DNA of 54,132 bases, filler included, from Catajapyx aquilonaris (lineage: Eukaryota): NCBI GenBank assembly GCA_000934665.2. It is 2 parts of 2 records of this genome, joined end to end, with 100 filler letters (N's around TTAATTAATTAA, not from the genome) between each part and the next. Parts side by side here need not be neighbours in the genome. Positions count along the whole stretch, not along the records: positions 1 to 26,952 come from JYFJ02005131.1; 1 more part is not named here. One strand, 5' to 3'. This document shows positions 13,201 through 27,052 of this stretch, piece by piece. The notes under the pieces are model-generated. The model was not told the DNA's origin. It did not search any database and saw only the letters and a list, made by a program, of their open reading frames with translations. Position 1 is the stretch's first letter. Every line of letters begins with the position of its first letter. The position numbers and the translations under genes were made by a program.

Positions 13201-16200
13201 CTTAATGTCATCATCTCTTTCCCACTTACACGTCTCTTCAGATCGATTTGAAGAGAAATTAGGGCCACCAGGTATATGGAGTAGCTTGTTTGTGCGGGCA
13301 GCTCAAGAGGCCTTTCCAAGTCCATTTGTGATTGAAATGCGCTGCTGTGTAGTATTGTATAGCTAGGATCTGCCAGTCATTTCATTTTGTTTACCTAAAA
13401 AGCTACAGTGAATAGGAAAGAGTTGGTACGTACTGCAAGGCCAACATGTAACGAACCCTTGTAAAATTGCGATGCATTAGGCCCTCTCTACTTATGACTT
13501 GATGGAGAACCGTTATCACCAACCACTCTATAGCCACTCTCTCTGACGAGGCCTCAGACAGCTCCGATATGATCAATAAAATTTTGCCAAAAATTCATGA
13601 AATTTTACACTTCTTACGTTTGTTAGTGAAAGACCGAATATTCGGACTGATTGCCAAAATACTGCCTTTATAACCCCATGATGGCGATGATATGGGCTAA
13701 TCAAATTAATTCCCGCCTTGGACGATGAAGGACGAATAAGTCAAGAAAGTTTGGGTCCTATAGTGTCCAACAGATACTCCCTGCTGCCCATCTCTGCTAG
13801 GGAGTGCATGCATGACTAATTGGCACACATGCCAACAAGCGTACCCTGGCAAAGGGAGGACGGTAATGCAACTTAATCGAATTATCAGCCGCATCTATCA
13901 TGACTCTCCTTCCGTCAAAGCTGGGATGCCCACATTAGTCGTGACTGTCAGACTCGCTTTGAGAGACAGACTACCATAGGTTTCAGGAAACAGTCCAACA
14001 GCTTCAAGCCAGGCTTCCTCTTCCTCAATTGTACTTGACGTCCTCATTATTCTAATGATATTGTACAATGTACATATATCCGAAAGCTCCTGCTTATTTA
14101 GCCGACCGTACTGATCAAAGGAGGAAACAGTCCAGAAATGTGACCATATCTCTCCAAATTGGATGGATCTATTCAGAGAGACTTGTCACTATACAAGGTT
14201 TTGTGGTGCACAGAGCTGAGGGTGATAGACTGTACTGAGCTGGATTTGTGTACATCAGGTTAGACCAAAAGTGCGCATTTGCGTCAGGTAGATCGATTTC
14301 TAGGCTGTTTCTAAGACCTAGGACTGTAAGTGCTCTAATAGATTTCGGTCCTTTGGGTGCTTCTAAATGGAAAATGTGATCTTTTAAAGCTATATTTCCG
14401 GAAGAAGGTGCGCGTCAAGAACTACATTACACGAATGTTTAACAAAATGTGATAGCTTCGTATGTCAAGTAGCTTACAGTATGGTGTAACCTTCTGTCAC
14501 CGTCTACTCTTGACATAACTCTATATGAGTTTGCTGTTTCGCTTTGTAAGCTTTGACTTGTCCCTGAGGTTGTATCGCTTACCATTCTTGAAAACATCCC
14601 TAAGCTATTTCCTCGGATAATTAAATTGGCCTTTCACTGGCTCAAGAGAGGAACCTGTATGCTACTGAAAATGAATAATTACGAACTGCATAGCACCTCA
14701 CAGCACATTCGGGGAATACGCGTACATGACGTGTAATAGGTGATTAAATTACTGTCTTAAATTATTAAATTGCAGCTTGTGCAGGTATACCTGCAAGAAT
14801 TTATCCAGTAACGTACTCCAGGTAAATCAGTAACTCTCGGTCTATTGGCTCATGTGTGTAAAATAAATGAGAAACATAAACGTAAAAATGTCAAGCCAAC
14901 AGTGACGGTTACAAAGCGGAATCGATATGGAGAAATGGATGGTCCGCAGCCAGAGGAAACGGTTTTAAAGAAACATAGTGGCCAGCACGGCCGAGGAGTG
15001 TCTGAATGCCAATGTTCGACAACCTCATGAAGCTATTGCATTAACCATTCAGTTACATGACTACTACGCTTCGCCTCCAAGGTTCTTCACCATTCAAGCC
15101 TCCTCCCGGACGTGACGTCACATAACCTCTCTTCTGACCTTACGACGCTTTAAAAACTTAAGTGTTTACATCTCAGAATCGGGCAATCATATAAGGTGTA
15201 CCTCAAACCAAAGCGCACCTGCTTCTAAACCACCTACCGGTTTTTAATTAATAGCAGAGTGTGGACTGCCACGATACTTTGGCTACCTCTGTACCTGACA
15301 TCTAATCACGTTTCTGCGGTTACATGAGGCTGCTTCCGAAGTGATTTCTTGAGTGTTGAAGGCAAATTACCCAAACACGGAAAAACTAAGCCGTGAGAAT
15401 ATCGATTGTCAGAAGCCTCTGTTGAGGGCAAGAAGAGCTTTCAGTAAGACTTTGTGTTGCAGGAGCGATGTGTGTGATACACCTTTTCCGATTGGATGGG
15501 CTCAATTCGCGAATACGGGTCCAATCGAATTTTCTGGCTTGTCGACTATCGGAAATGCTCCGGCTTGTAAGATATGCTGCAGTTTGGCTTTTGAACTTGG
15601 AAGTCGCGTTGTGAGTGCGATTCGATCCAATGGGCCAAATTGTTGAATCTTCGATTGCACGGGATTGAAAATGGTTTGTTCCCAGACCCCAGTGCAGTGT
15701 GGTAAAAATTTTGTGGTCATCAGGCAATGAGGGTGTGATCTATGTAGATGAGCTGAAGATGATGGTGGACTTACCTCTTCAGGGACTCAATTTTAAAAAT
15801 TATTTCATTGTCAAAGGAGGTTTATTATCAGGGTAAATGTAATATTATCATTAAAGCGCAAACGAGAAGCTTTTTGACTCAAAACAAACATGGGGTAGCT
15901 ACCGATTAATATACTTTGTCATCACAATACTTAAATTCATTGATGTCAATCAAAAGTGCTCCTGTTAATTACACAGGATGTTCACGCATAATTTTATCAT
16001 CTATAAGCAACTAATATGCATAATTATTAAAATTGCAAATGATGCATTAATAGTTCTGACCTTCACCTCACAGGCTCAATAGTTTTCTTTCCATATGTCC
16101 AAATCAGCTATTTTCAAACTACCCCCCCCCCCTCCCGTCCTCTAATTCCCAGCTTCAGAATGACCTGAAATGCAACATTTGGGAGTTGAACAAACCGAGT

Positions 16201-19200
16201 GTTGATTTAAGGATTTGTTAGTAAACCAGTCGTGCGTAACGCCCCAGGGAGCCGTAAATATTTTCACTGGGTGGCAAGCTGTCTGTTTGGAGTAGCAAAT
16301 TGCAGCGCTGAAATCCGACCTTTCATGCAGGATGAAAAAATATATTTCTCTAAAACGAATCTGACCACTGCTACCTTGTCTCTTTTATATAAGACTCATT
16401 TTGGAGCCTGTTCTTTCGGTTGACATTAACCGGCAGTGTTGTCCTAGCAATTTTCCCGCCCTGTTTCTCTACAATGTTAGCTGGGTGTGGCTCATCTTTC
16501 TGTGTTTTGGAGACATGAAATATGCCCTCTTTCTTTCTTTAACTAACCTTGAATATAACTTTCCAAACAGAAGGGACGAGGAATACACGGGCATCAATTA
16601 CTCACGTAATAAAACCATGACTTCTCAGGTGATTCCCTGACTTAAATGCTGATTATTATTACCTCTATGCTGAAAAATATTTAGGAACATGGAAGGACAG
16701 TTATAGTTGGCACCACTGACAGTCTTCATTAGTAAGTTTCAGGGTGGGAATGTAGTTATATTATTCGAAATGTTATGTCCCGTAGTTAAAGGTTTTGGGC
16801 TCCCTGATGTAAAGTTAGGCTTCATATTGACTCCCATGAACTTAACTTAACCGCTTTCGGGACGAACTAATTAAATTCTGTATTATCACAAAGTTAGATA
16901 ATGGATGGGAATCGTCCGTCCTACTAACAAGCCATATTATGCTATTGCTGTGTTACGTTATTGAGCAGGCAAAACTTTCCTTAGCTGTTGGCGAAATTAA
17001 ATTCCTTTCCAATAAGTTATGTGAAACTATACAACGATGCAATATCAACATTTGGATAATTGCGACCAGAATAAATTATTCTGAGAACATGGCGTATATC
17101 ATGATTAAAAATCAGTCCATGGCAGAATTACGAGAAAAGAAATCCAATCTGTATTCATTTGTCGTATTTTGATAGCCTAATAGCCCATTAGTCTTCTCAA
17201 GATAGTAAATATCAATAATCAGATTCGTTCCGATTCATTACTTTTTGTGAAGCAATTTTAGTCAGCTCTCGTCCAATGTCTAAGTGTATTCAGATTTCAG
17301 AACAATATTTGAAGACGATACTGAAAGATGTACTGTATCAGTTTTCAGGCCAGTATTTAATATCATCGCGCCCACATACATCGGAGGCCCTTCTATACAT
17401 CCTCTCTTCGAAATTATTAATGATAGCAGATGCTCATATCAGATTTCGACAGTACCTCCATTTTTCGATCAATGTCGTGGATCCAATAAGGCACAAAATT
17501 AATCTTGAAATTTTCGTGTATAAGCCCAGATTTGATACAAACACGGAAAAACATTTAATATTTTTGTTACGTAGAAAATTGCAAAATACTTTTAATTTTT
17601 ATTTGTTAAAATTGGGTAGCTCATATGGGATAGTTTGCATATTATTGCTCGATGCGTTGCGAACTTGTTGACGAAGCTGACTGGCGGGAGTGGGAGTAAA
17701 TCTATGAGATTTTTTTATCAATAAGATGTGAACTGAATTATGTAACATGATGTATAAGAGAAACCAGAGGCTCTTTTGGAGCGCGTGTGAACTTTCTCCT
17801 AGATGAGATTTACTCAAATGTACACTACAGTGTGTGAATATGACATGTGATTTTCATACTTCCACGAACTCATCCCTTACATCAGGGATGTTAGAACTTT
17901 TGTTTATATTTCTCAGAATCTGCGTGGATTCTATAAACCAGAATCTTGGTTCTTGGCATTTGAACTAAGTTTCTGGACCAAAAGGTCTAAGGTGAATTTG
18001 CAGTCAAACCTCATCGGTATCGGTAAATCTATCAAAGTACTGACATGCACATATACACTTATTGTCTAGTTCAAGAGCCATCGGTTTTGGAGCATGTTTT
18101 GATACATTACATCGGAAGCTAAGATTTGCATTAATTTTTAAAATATAAAATATTCCAGTTTGAAATTACAGGCAATGATAATATATGCATATTTGATTTC
18201 AAATGTAACTATACAGTATGCTGATATTTGGGATCATCATTTGTATATATTTATTCCGCCATTTTGCCATATTCATGTGTATGCTAAACATGGACATGTA
18301 GCCTATTTAGGGCATTGTTTGCGTTATTTAGTGTTTTTCCACATGCAGAAAGAATGCTGGCAATGGACAGTTTAGAGCATTCGTTACTGTTCAAGTGCTT
18401 CCTTTCCTCTACGCAACATTTCGAGAGAACAATTTTGTATCCCAGTGAGATGGGAAAGGTTGGGTTTCAGTGACGCATATCATGCACACATAAGCATTTT
18501 TTTTCTTCTGAGCCGCAGTTCGTTGGAATGAAAATGTGGGGAATTAATTCGGATTAATCTGGTAATGCAAGTGAAGCCATTGGCAAATAATACAGTGCAA
18601 GATTGTGTGCCTTTCAACTTCTGTCTGATACTTTTTACGTGATTGGTAAAATATTTTAGAGGAGTTTTCAGAATAATATTGTCAACAACTTAGTTTTTAG
18701 GCACATTTTTTGTGCACATTTGTTTCCAAACTTGAGTGACTTTTTCTATAAACTAATCATTACTCTGCTTTTTTATGCTAACCGTTAAATATGAACTACG
18801 TTACAGCCGTGACAGCTGAATGAAATGTTAATATAATCAAATTAGTAATAAAATTTTCGGATAATTAGAGTAGCATCTGATGTGCTCAGCTTAATAATGT
18901 ACTAGAGTGAGTGGTGTTGATCAGATGTGACAGTTACAATTTGTCACTGGGCATGAATGATGCGCTGCACACAATGCAATTTTGTAATGTAAATACCGTA
19001 TTATAGAGTTCATTCTTTTTTGTAACGAATCTACCTCTGCAATGAGTCAAACGTTTTATTGCAGATTTGTGTTTATTATACCTGGTAATCCGGAAATGTT
19101 TTCTGCATGGGTGCGCATCAGGTGAATAAATAATTAGTGGAAAAATAATTGGTTAAAAGCTAAGCAAATATTTGTAGCTCTCATTTATTTGAATTAGGTA

Positions 19201-19877
19201 AATCGATTCTATCATGTGCAAATTGCCACTTTGTGTATCTGTTTTAATTCATATTTAATGCTTCATACATAAGCAACTAATGTACTGTATAGTTACAGTA
19301 GTTACAGGTTACAGCTTAACGGATTTAATAATGTGTCTTCTGAAAAACGAACAACACATATTTTTAAAGGAAATAACAACTTCTTTTAAAACGTCTTGAA
19401 AGAAGGACGGCTACTTTACATTCATCGCCAAAATTCATAATTTTGATTAAAGTAATATAGCAGCAGGTAGGCAGATTGCTTTGCTAATGTGTATGATTTA
19501 ATGACCTAAATGTTGATCTGACTCATGTTGCTCAAATGCACCAAATATTCAACTCCAAAACACGCTAGACCTTCAAAAAGACGACCTTAAAATAAACCTT
19601 CCACGCCACATAAATCATTTTGAAATTTCATATCAGAAATGCTACTTTACCTGCGTAAGTAATGATAGCGCTGCACAACCAGGATGACCAGAATGTTAGA
19701 AATGGTTGCCACGATGAAAAGAGGCACATAAATGGCTATGAGAATAGCATTGTGCACTTCGTGGTAAATAAACTGACTAGTTTTGTACGCGTTCATTGTC
19801 TCCAAAAAGGACGAGTTGGTATTGTTGGAAAAATTGGCCGAGATTGTCCACAGATCTTCCGGAACTGCACCCACCAT
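1299..19877 (-). CDS. Class A peptide GPCR, orexin/allatotropin-receptor-like (5' part, TM1-TM3 and ICL2; 3' exons lie left of the window)
   Basis: Three phase-compatible GT-AG exons: 19651-19877 (GCCATGG start; N-glycosylation sequons NFS/NNT/NSS; TM1 ...LIAIYVPLFIVATISNILVILVV), 9243-9385 (SVTNYFLVNLSVADLLVTLICMP...WLYGEVMCKLTYYLQ) and 1299-1414 (GVAVGASVFTIMAMSVDRFLAIRHPM...). Total 486 nt in frame. Introns are 10265 and 7828 bp. Confidence 0.9.
2935..3080. mobile_element. Palindromic MITE-like element (~146 bp) in GPCR intron 2
   Basis: ~50-bp near-perfect inverted arms GGTTCAAATACTTTTGGCCACTTTATCCTGGTCTTG... / ...CAAGACCAGGATAAAGTGGCCAAAAGTATTTGAACC, with TA at 2933-2934 and 3081-3082. 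Confidence 0.7.
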
Positions 19878-22751
19878 GGCTTTTTATAGCATGTAATCAC
19901 TCACTCTAGACTGTTATTCTGCACTTGTTCGGTCCCTACGGCACCGCTCAGATCGTTAGAACCTTACTGCAGCTCCGACCAAAAACAACTAAGCCGAGAG
20001 AGGGGGCTCCCAAAAAACTTTTTCCCGCCCACCAGCATCCCACGCCTTTGTTACTGTCCCTTTCCACACGCATGCGCTTTCCTTCCGCGCACTCTCAGAT
20101 TTTACCATCTTGCTTGGATGTTGGCCGATAGATCTATGGTCTGCTGTGATTAAGTCGAGGGCTCAGGTGAAACAGAAGAGAGGCGGGTTGCCACCGTCTC
20201 AACCAAAGTAATCACTGGATATATGGACTGCTGCTGGCTTTAAGCCATGTCCAAAGGACGGTAATAAAGCCTTGTTGCATAAGGCACCGGTACTTGATAT
20301 GATGGCATTGATCCACGACAAGTTGATTTAGTTTACATATTGAACGGTTTGATGAGATGATAGCAAATATAGAGTCTGTAAGTGTAATGGTGAAACTGTA
20401 GGCTACACCTTTGTCTTGGGGCAAAGTGACACTACTTTTCTTCTAAGTTTTTAAGTTCTTGTGTAGGTATCAACCCATAATTGCACCACTCCACTAGTTT
20501 CTCTGGACTCAGCTACTAATCGCTTTTTTTCACAGTCAGCTAATATTAGGACGCTAGCCAGGATATTGAATTCGTGCTTTATCAGCCATGTGCTGTGGCT
20601 TGTTATTCCATGGTCAAGTTGTTCACAAGTCAAATGAAAATAGGATATGATGGTGTACACTTTAGCTAGTTACATGCTGCAATGTCAATTGGTGTAATAA
20701 ATCAATAAATTTAAAGTGTGTATTGATATTATTGACCGCAGGCCAATATGAAGTTCGCAATAGGCTATACTGTGTATAGCCTACTGGTACTCAGGTATAA
20801 TTTCTCAGTAAATTAAAATCATTTGTTTGAATATTTGTGTACGGTTAATGTACAAAACAGTAGAATGACATTTTGGTCGAAATTGAGTTTGGCATTGCGT
20901 AATATGGTTCCTGATGCGTACTTTCCAGTGGTCACATCGATTTTATGGTAGGTCATCGGTTACAACCCCTAATTGACATCTGAAAAAATCGGCTCTGCAT
21001 AATGCAGTCATAAAACGACCAACTCCCAAATCTCAAAAATCATTACGTTGTGAGTCTGATCATCCTGTGCTTCACCCTTCATTTGGAAATATATGCTTTG
21101 TTCGAAATGCCACAAGAATTGAAAGATCATGACAAGCATTCATTCCAGGCCTTGTGATAAACGGAGGTTTGAGGGGTTTCCAAGGTATCCTTTCAATCCA
21201 TTTTGTAGACATGAACAAACGTGATCCGCTTTACACCCCACGGCTTTCATTCAACTCCGCTTCTTTTGACGCCCATCCTATACAGGATGATCCAATAGAC
21301 TGAGGAGAGGACATTTCATATATTAACCATCACTTTACTATATTTCCTCAGAATGAGTTAATTTAAGTAGCTGTTAAATTTAAGTTAACTGTTAAACAAA
21401 AATTATTAATTTTGTACGTATTTTTGCACTTTATTTCCTTCTGCCATTAAATAATTAGCATCTGGATCTGAATTTTTGCTACACCTTGTATTGCCTCCAG
21501 TACCAAAGGGAAAAAAACGAAACGGAAAAATCATTACGGCAAATTCTCCAAATCCCCATAGATTCCAGCACAATAGATTCTTCTAATAAAGAGTACTCTG
21601 AGGAAGATTTCTAAAGGGTGTAAGGACTCAGGTGTGAAAGAAAATATTTTTTTTATTCTTCAGCTAGGATCCACTAATGGAATTTGTTGCAGAAAACTTT
21701 GAATCACCAATAGGACTAGCTTTTACCAACTTTTCCCTTTACGCGCGTGCAAGCGTTTTCAAACTTTATAGAAACTTATATTTACGCCCGTAAAATAAAT
21801 CACACGAGGTCTTATCTTCATCAGCTTAACAGCACCTTTACTGCAGTATCATGCAATTTACTCTCCCCATTTCAAAAAAAAAAATCGATTGAAGCCATAA
21901 GTTATTGCACAACCACACGTTGTGTTTATACTTCCAAAATAAGCATGCTCCATCATCCTTGGTCCATCGTTTCATGTTTGTGAAAGGCAATGTAAAGGTG
22001 TTGGAGTGCTGAATTCCCCTAGGTACAGTCGTCGATAAATAGCCCTCACTTGTGTGCTCCAGTTTTATTGACTTCCATGGGAATGGTTACAACAGCAAGC
22101 ATTGCTGTCATCCAGGATTACCTTATGTCATATTGATTAACTTATGTACTTTATCATATACCAATGTTGTAGTAACCTGCAGTGTTAAAATGGTTAAGCT
22201 TTATTAGCTTACGTATGAGTAAGCTCTCAAAAACTAAGTAACCGTGATAATATTTTTTGTAGTCAGGCCTTTGTGTAGTTTGCATGCTCTACAGGATTTT
22301 ATTTTGACACACGCGGGATGGGGGTTTTTTAAACATTTTTATCGCTCAACCATAGTGTTAATATTGATTCCAGACAGGACTCGTCGCGTCGGTCGCCCCT
22401 AAAAAAATGCACATGTATGGCAGGCATTCTATCATCATTTGATATGCATTAGTGCACGACCCCCGGAGGATATATTTTGCCCAAAAATAGAGACTGCCCT
22501 GTATAGTTCACCTCATTCAGATTATTCCACGTAAAAAAAATTCCCAGATCCAGGCCATTATTTTGTTGTCAAGGACAGCTCCAATCCCCTATCTACCACT
22601 TGTGTAATGTCCCTCATAGTTGCTGCGGGAGCACAGATAAAAGAATCCATCTGCTTTACGACCTCTATTGGTGTCAAGCTCAAGAACAGTTACCATTCGG
22701 ACCACATGAGCATATAAGATGAGCTTGACATGTATTGCATTGCTGCTCCCG

Positions 22752-25375
22752 TTAGGATCGATGGTTGAAAATCGATGAGGGATCAGTGAGAAGACGCTCG
22801 GAGATGAAAGGCGTAAATCCTTGGGGTCCTGCCTCGTATCTGCAAGTAAACCAACCTATTAGTTGAATCCGATTACACTTGGTGGGCGATTTTGTTTTTT
22901 TTGAAAAAGAGATGCTTACGTGACAGTCACTAGAACGTTGTCTGGACGAAGGTAAGAATAAAATCCGGTGACAACACCGTCCTTTGACGATTCTTCACGA
23001 TTCATGTATAAGCCGCTCTTTAGGTCCTCGACTTCATAACGAAAACGATAATCTTTCTGAAAAAAAAGGTACCATCATCAACGTCGTTGCCACATTTTTC
23101 TCCAAGAGGTAGGTATACGAAGGACTTGTTGGACAGGTTAACCTGAGTACCTGCCTAGTGTTCTTCAAATAAACGGACTTTGGACTTTATTTTGGTTGTA
23201 GCAGCCGCAGCTGTGCTACTTGTTCTAGTGTATATGGCATTGTCACTTAAAATTCTATAAGCCTACTCACCTCTGGCTCTGTTGACTTAGCCATTTGAAG
23301 AGGCAAACGATTATGCTCGTTCACTTCACTTCCGGACGCTTCAACCACAACTGAATCTAATTCCGGTTGTGAGTAGCTGGTGACGAGAGAAGGAGGTGGA
23401 AATGTTTCAGCCTCTCTGCAAATATTACGGAATGGCACATGTTACAATAAATCAAACACACTTGTCTCATTAAATGGCCTTTAAACTTCCCCTTATTTAA
23501 TTAATTATAACACTAAGACCCAAAAATAATATTATTATTCTAACTAACACCGCAATTAAACGCCTCACTTACGGTAAAATGGTTGTACCAGTAGTCGTTG
23601 TCAAGTCATCCTCCGATTTCGTCCAACTCTGAAAAACAGCAAAATTGTGCGGTAAAGATGTCTGGCTATGAACCTGTTACTGTCTAGAAGTCTGGATATT
23701 GCGAAGTAAAAAATAACAACACTCAATAATTACAGTTGCATTGTGTTACTCACCACTCACCAGCAACGTTTAGCTCTATTGTAACTGTGATTTATTATAG
23801 ACTACTGATAGACTATGAACCAACAAGTCACGCTTCCATTTCATTATGTTTGACGGGAATGCAAGAGTCTGCACTCGATTGCAAATGCAGAATTGAGAAA
23901 GCAGTTGACAAACAACTCTGGATTGTATCGGTAGGCCTACAGGGAGTTATGGTGCTGCAATAAAACAGCTCTCGTCCCTTTAATACGGAGGGACCCGCTT
24001 AGTCTCAGGAAGAGAAGAGCTATATGTCAGAGTCGGTATTACCGGCTCTGCATTTGGTCCAGGCAAGAAACTTCGAAAATTCCTGGCACGAACGCGGGAC
24101 AGACTGAACAATAGGAGCTAATCTAACAACTACACAGAAAGTCCTCATTATACGATCAAGTTGCTTGGTTTTGATAATGAGATGTAAAAGCGACAAATTA
24201 TTTAGCAAGAAACGAGGATTGCCTGCACATGCATTGTTAATCTCTCTGAGCTGGAGGCGGATTCTCATCAGGGGAAGAAGAGGGAATGGAGGAAGGTATA
24301 CAACTGAATACACAATATTAAAGCAGAATGGACTCTCTGACATTGTAAGAAGACTTTTAATTTCCGGTAGATCATGAAGTTCTGTATGGGCAGCTGAAAT
24401 AATGACTCCTTTTCGCTGGGTATCCACTAATTTAAATTACTCTCTTTTATATACGAGCCACAGTTGGTCTAATAATGCCTCTTATTATAATGCACGTATC
24501 TATTTCCAGCTATCGATGTTAGGGCTAACGACCCAACTGACTCCGTATAGCATACAAAAATCTCTATACAGTACAGTACAGTATAATCCTGCATTACTTG
24601 AGTATTACTGACAGAGCTCAAAATCAGTACAGCCATTGGCAAAATTTTTATGTATAGGTATATGTTGTTGTCTTAATTTACCTGTGCTCAGGACTGTCGC
24701 ACAGTTAGTAACGAATCATTGCAGTTTGACATTTAAAAACTCGTGGTAAATTAACGGGAACGAAACCTTTCGTCGCCTGATACCCAAGGCAACTGTAAGT
24801 CAATAGGTCACGAGGCGCCACAACACTCGATCGCAATCACGCACCAAATTCCCTGTGGCGATTAACTCCCTGACTACTTTCCTGTCATTCGCACTCATCA
24901 GAACGTAGCTATATGCCTCAAGTACTTCAGCACTCACACACAAAGCGATACAAAGGCATAATAAGAATCCTTCACAGCTTTGACGTTAATAACTGCAGCC
25001 ATCTGGCAGCCCCAAAGAGTTGTCGACAAAAAGTTCAACTGGAAGTCATCAAAGATCGAACTTAATTAAAAGCTCCAAGGGTTTGATCGAATGGGAATCT
25101 GAGTGCGAACCTTGCCAGCAGAACCACCTTCTTCAGTATGCTTTTCCGGAGCTAACTCCAATATCCCCTCGATAATTAGGCCTCCAAAGTTTAACTCAGC
25201 GCAGGCAACGAACTCAATTAGTCATCTTCTGTGTATATATGCGGGTTATATAGGTTGAGCTACTCACCATCGGAATAAGATCCATGGTCGATTCTTCCAC
25301 GCCAGAATCATCCAAAGGAGCTGATTTGCAGCGCAGGAATGTCATAAGCAGACAGAGCACAACTTTGACATCCAT
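22752..25375 (-). CDS. Cuticular protein with Rebers-Riddiford chitin-binding domain (CPR family, ~177 aa)
   Basis: Exons 25268-25375 (signal peptide MDVKVVLCLLMTFLRCKS-APL), 23573-23628, 23271-23415, 22920-23056 and 22752-22839. All junctions are GT-AG and phase-compatible (534 nt including stop). The domain reads KDYRFRYEVEDLKSGLYMNREESSKDGVVTGFYSYLRPDNVLVTVTYEAGPQGF, matching the R&R consensus Y-x-F-x-Y...G-x-YSY-x-x-PD...V-x-Y-x-A...GF. The exon 1 linkage is less certain than the last four exons. Confidence 0.85.
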
Positions 25376-26530
25376 TTTTCCTGGGCTGTCTATTTACCAG
25401 GTCTCAACTCTCTTTTATGCAGGGGACATCGTTACTAGTGCATTAGTTTATCAGAGAGCTTTATAATGGATAGGTAAAAGTACGACCCTGACACTGGTTG
25501 GCCTTCAGTGGACTACATGTAAAAATCATCAACACAAAGGAGCGCAATGGATATTTTTTTGACATTGGCTGCAACTGTTTTGGTACGGTACAACTAATGA
25601 GCCTACCTACAAAATATTGCACAGAGAACAATAATATTTTCAACGTGAATGAGTCTGTGCTTGGACGCAGGGCGATCAAAACTGTCATATGTTCATAACT
25701 TCAAAGTTCACGTACGACTATACTCTGATTTTTGTAAGGTCCGAATGACAGCATTGTTGTTTTATTGCTGTAGTAATAATTATAACTAGGCACCAACTTG
25801 CCAAAATTAGGCAAAAAATTAGGCAAAAGTGCGAAAGTGGAGAGGGAGAGGGAGAGACCCTCACCAGGCAGCAGCATCGAAGCGACATCCGACGGTAATG
25901 TGCAGAAGTAGAGAGTCGGGAGCAAGCAGGTGGCGCCCGGAATGGCCGAAATGGGAATTCCGTGGAAAGGCCGCGGTCGGCTTTTTATGCATTATTTTTA
26001 GTTTTACCAAGTTCCCTGGCACCTTTTCAAAAAAAAAAAGTTTATTGCAAATATAGGAAACACAAGCAAAATTTTGACACCACTCCCAAAGCTGTACGCC
26101 GTACAGTGCGGAAGGAGTTGTGGGAATAGTCGGATATTAATAATATCAATTATGACAAGTTACAATATGACTGACCAATATCCACTAATGCGAGATTTCA
26201 AACGTTTCGGGAGCCTCCTTTCCATAAGTATGGGATGAGGTCACGTCAATACGCGTAGTCTGACCTCCATGTGAATCTCGGGAAACGGGTGGGCACTTGC
26301 AGGTGGGTAGTTCAAAGTGCAACTCAGTTGTCGGATCCACTTCAGTGTGGCGCTTTAGAGGTGGGAAATATGCAGCACTGAAGAAGAGTGGAAGTAGGCG
26401 AAAAATAGTGTAAATGACAGAAAGATCCCTCGAAAAGGAGTGAAGAAAAAGAGGTCGAATAAGTAAAAAAAGTAGGGTGGTCATAATTTTTGTAAGAAAT
26501 ATTGTTACTTCCATAATACACTCAGAACTA

Positions 26531-26952
26531 CAGGGTGGTTGTGAAGTAACTGCCTTTGGAAATGTGTAATAAAATTGTCAAATATTGCTAGATTTTCATG
26601 AAACAAGTTTTATTCTGTACCTTACAATGGGAGAATTTAAACTCCCGCCAGTATGCAACGCCACGGTCCCAGGTGGCAGCAGCAGTCCCGATACCAGTAA
26701 AAATGGCGAAGCTGGCGTCCCGTTTTGAAGTCGGGGGTCGGTGGTTAAAGTGCAGAGATGGTGGCGATACATACACGGACCTCGTGCCACAGTTCACCCG
26801 AGGACCATAAAGAACTGCCATTCGAAGCTGGTGAGCACGGGATCCGTGATGGACAGCCATAGGAGTGGTCGTCCGTCGACATCGAGGACAGAGGAAAACG
26901 TGGCACCGCGATGGTTCGCCCATAGTGGCTTTATGGTCCTGGGGTGAACTGT
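26531..26952 (+). mobile_element. Tc1/mariner-superfamily DNA transposon remnant (left end plus degenerate transposase N-terminus), truncated by the assembly gap
   Basis: Terminus TA|CAGGGTGG at 26529-26538. A frameshifted peptide MAKLASRFEV... / TIKNCHSKLVSTGSVMDSHRSGRPSTSRTEENVA resembles the HTH linker 'TGSV.D..RSGRP...RTEEN' of mariner-type (DUF4817-like) transposases. Confidence 0.75.
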
Positions 26953-27052
26953 NNNNNNNNNNNNNNNNNNNNNNNNNNNNNNNNNNNNNNNNNNNNTTAA
27001 TTAATTAANNNNNNNNNNNNNNNNNNNNNNNNNNNNNNNNNNNNNNNNNNNN
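26953..27052. other. Artificial 100-bp scaffold gap (44 N + TTAATTAATTAA + 44 N)
   Basis: Symmetric N run around an all-frame-stop linker at 26997-27008. Confidence 0.97.

Noticed and set aside
13543..13570. CTGACGA... as a hammerhead ribozyme core
   Set aside because: The required GAAA is GATA and stem II pairs poorly.
5502..17817. Many 60-135-aa ORFs inside the GPCR introns (e.g. 5502-5909, 7698-8075, 11496-11894, 15386-15727, 17276-17671) as nested genes
   Set aside because: No recognisable domains, many non-ATG starts and no consistent exon chain.
26997..27008. TTAATTAATTAA palindrome as a biological site
   Set aside because: It is centred in an exactly 100-bp N block, so it is an assembly linker.
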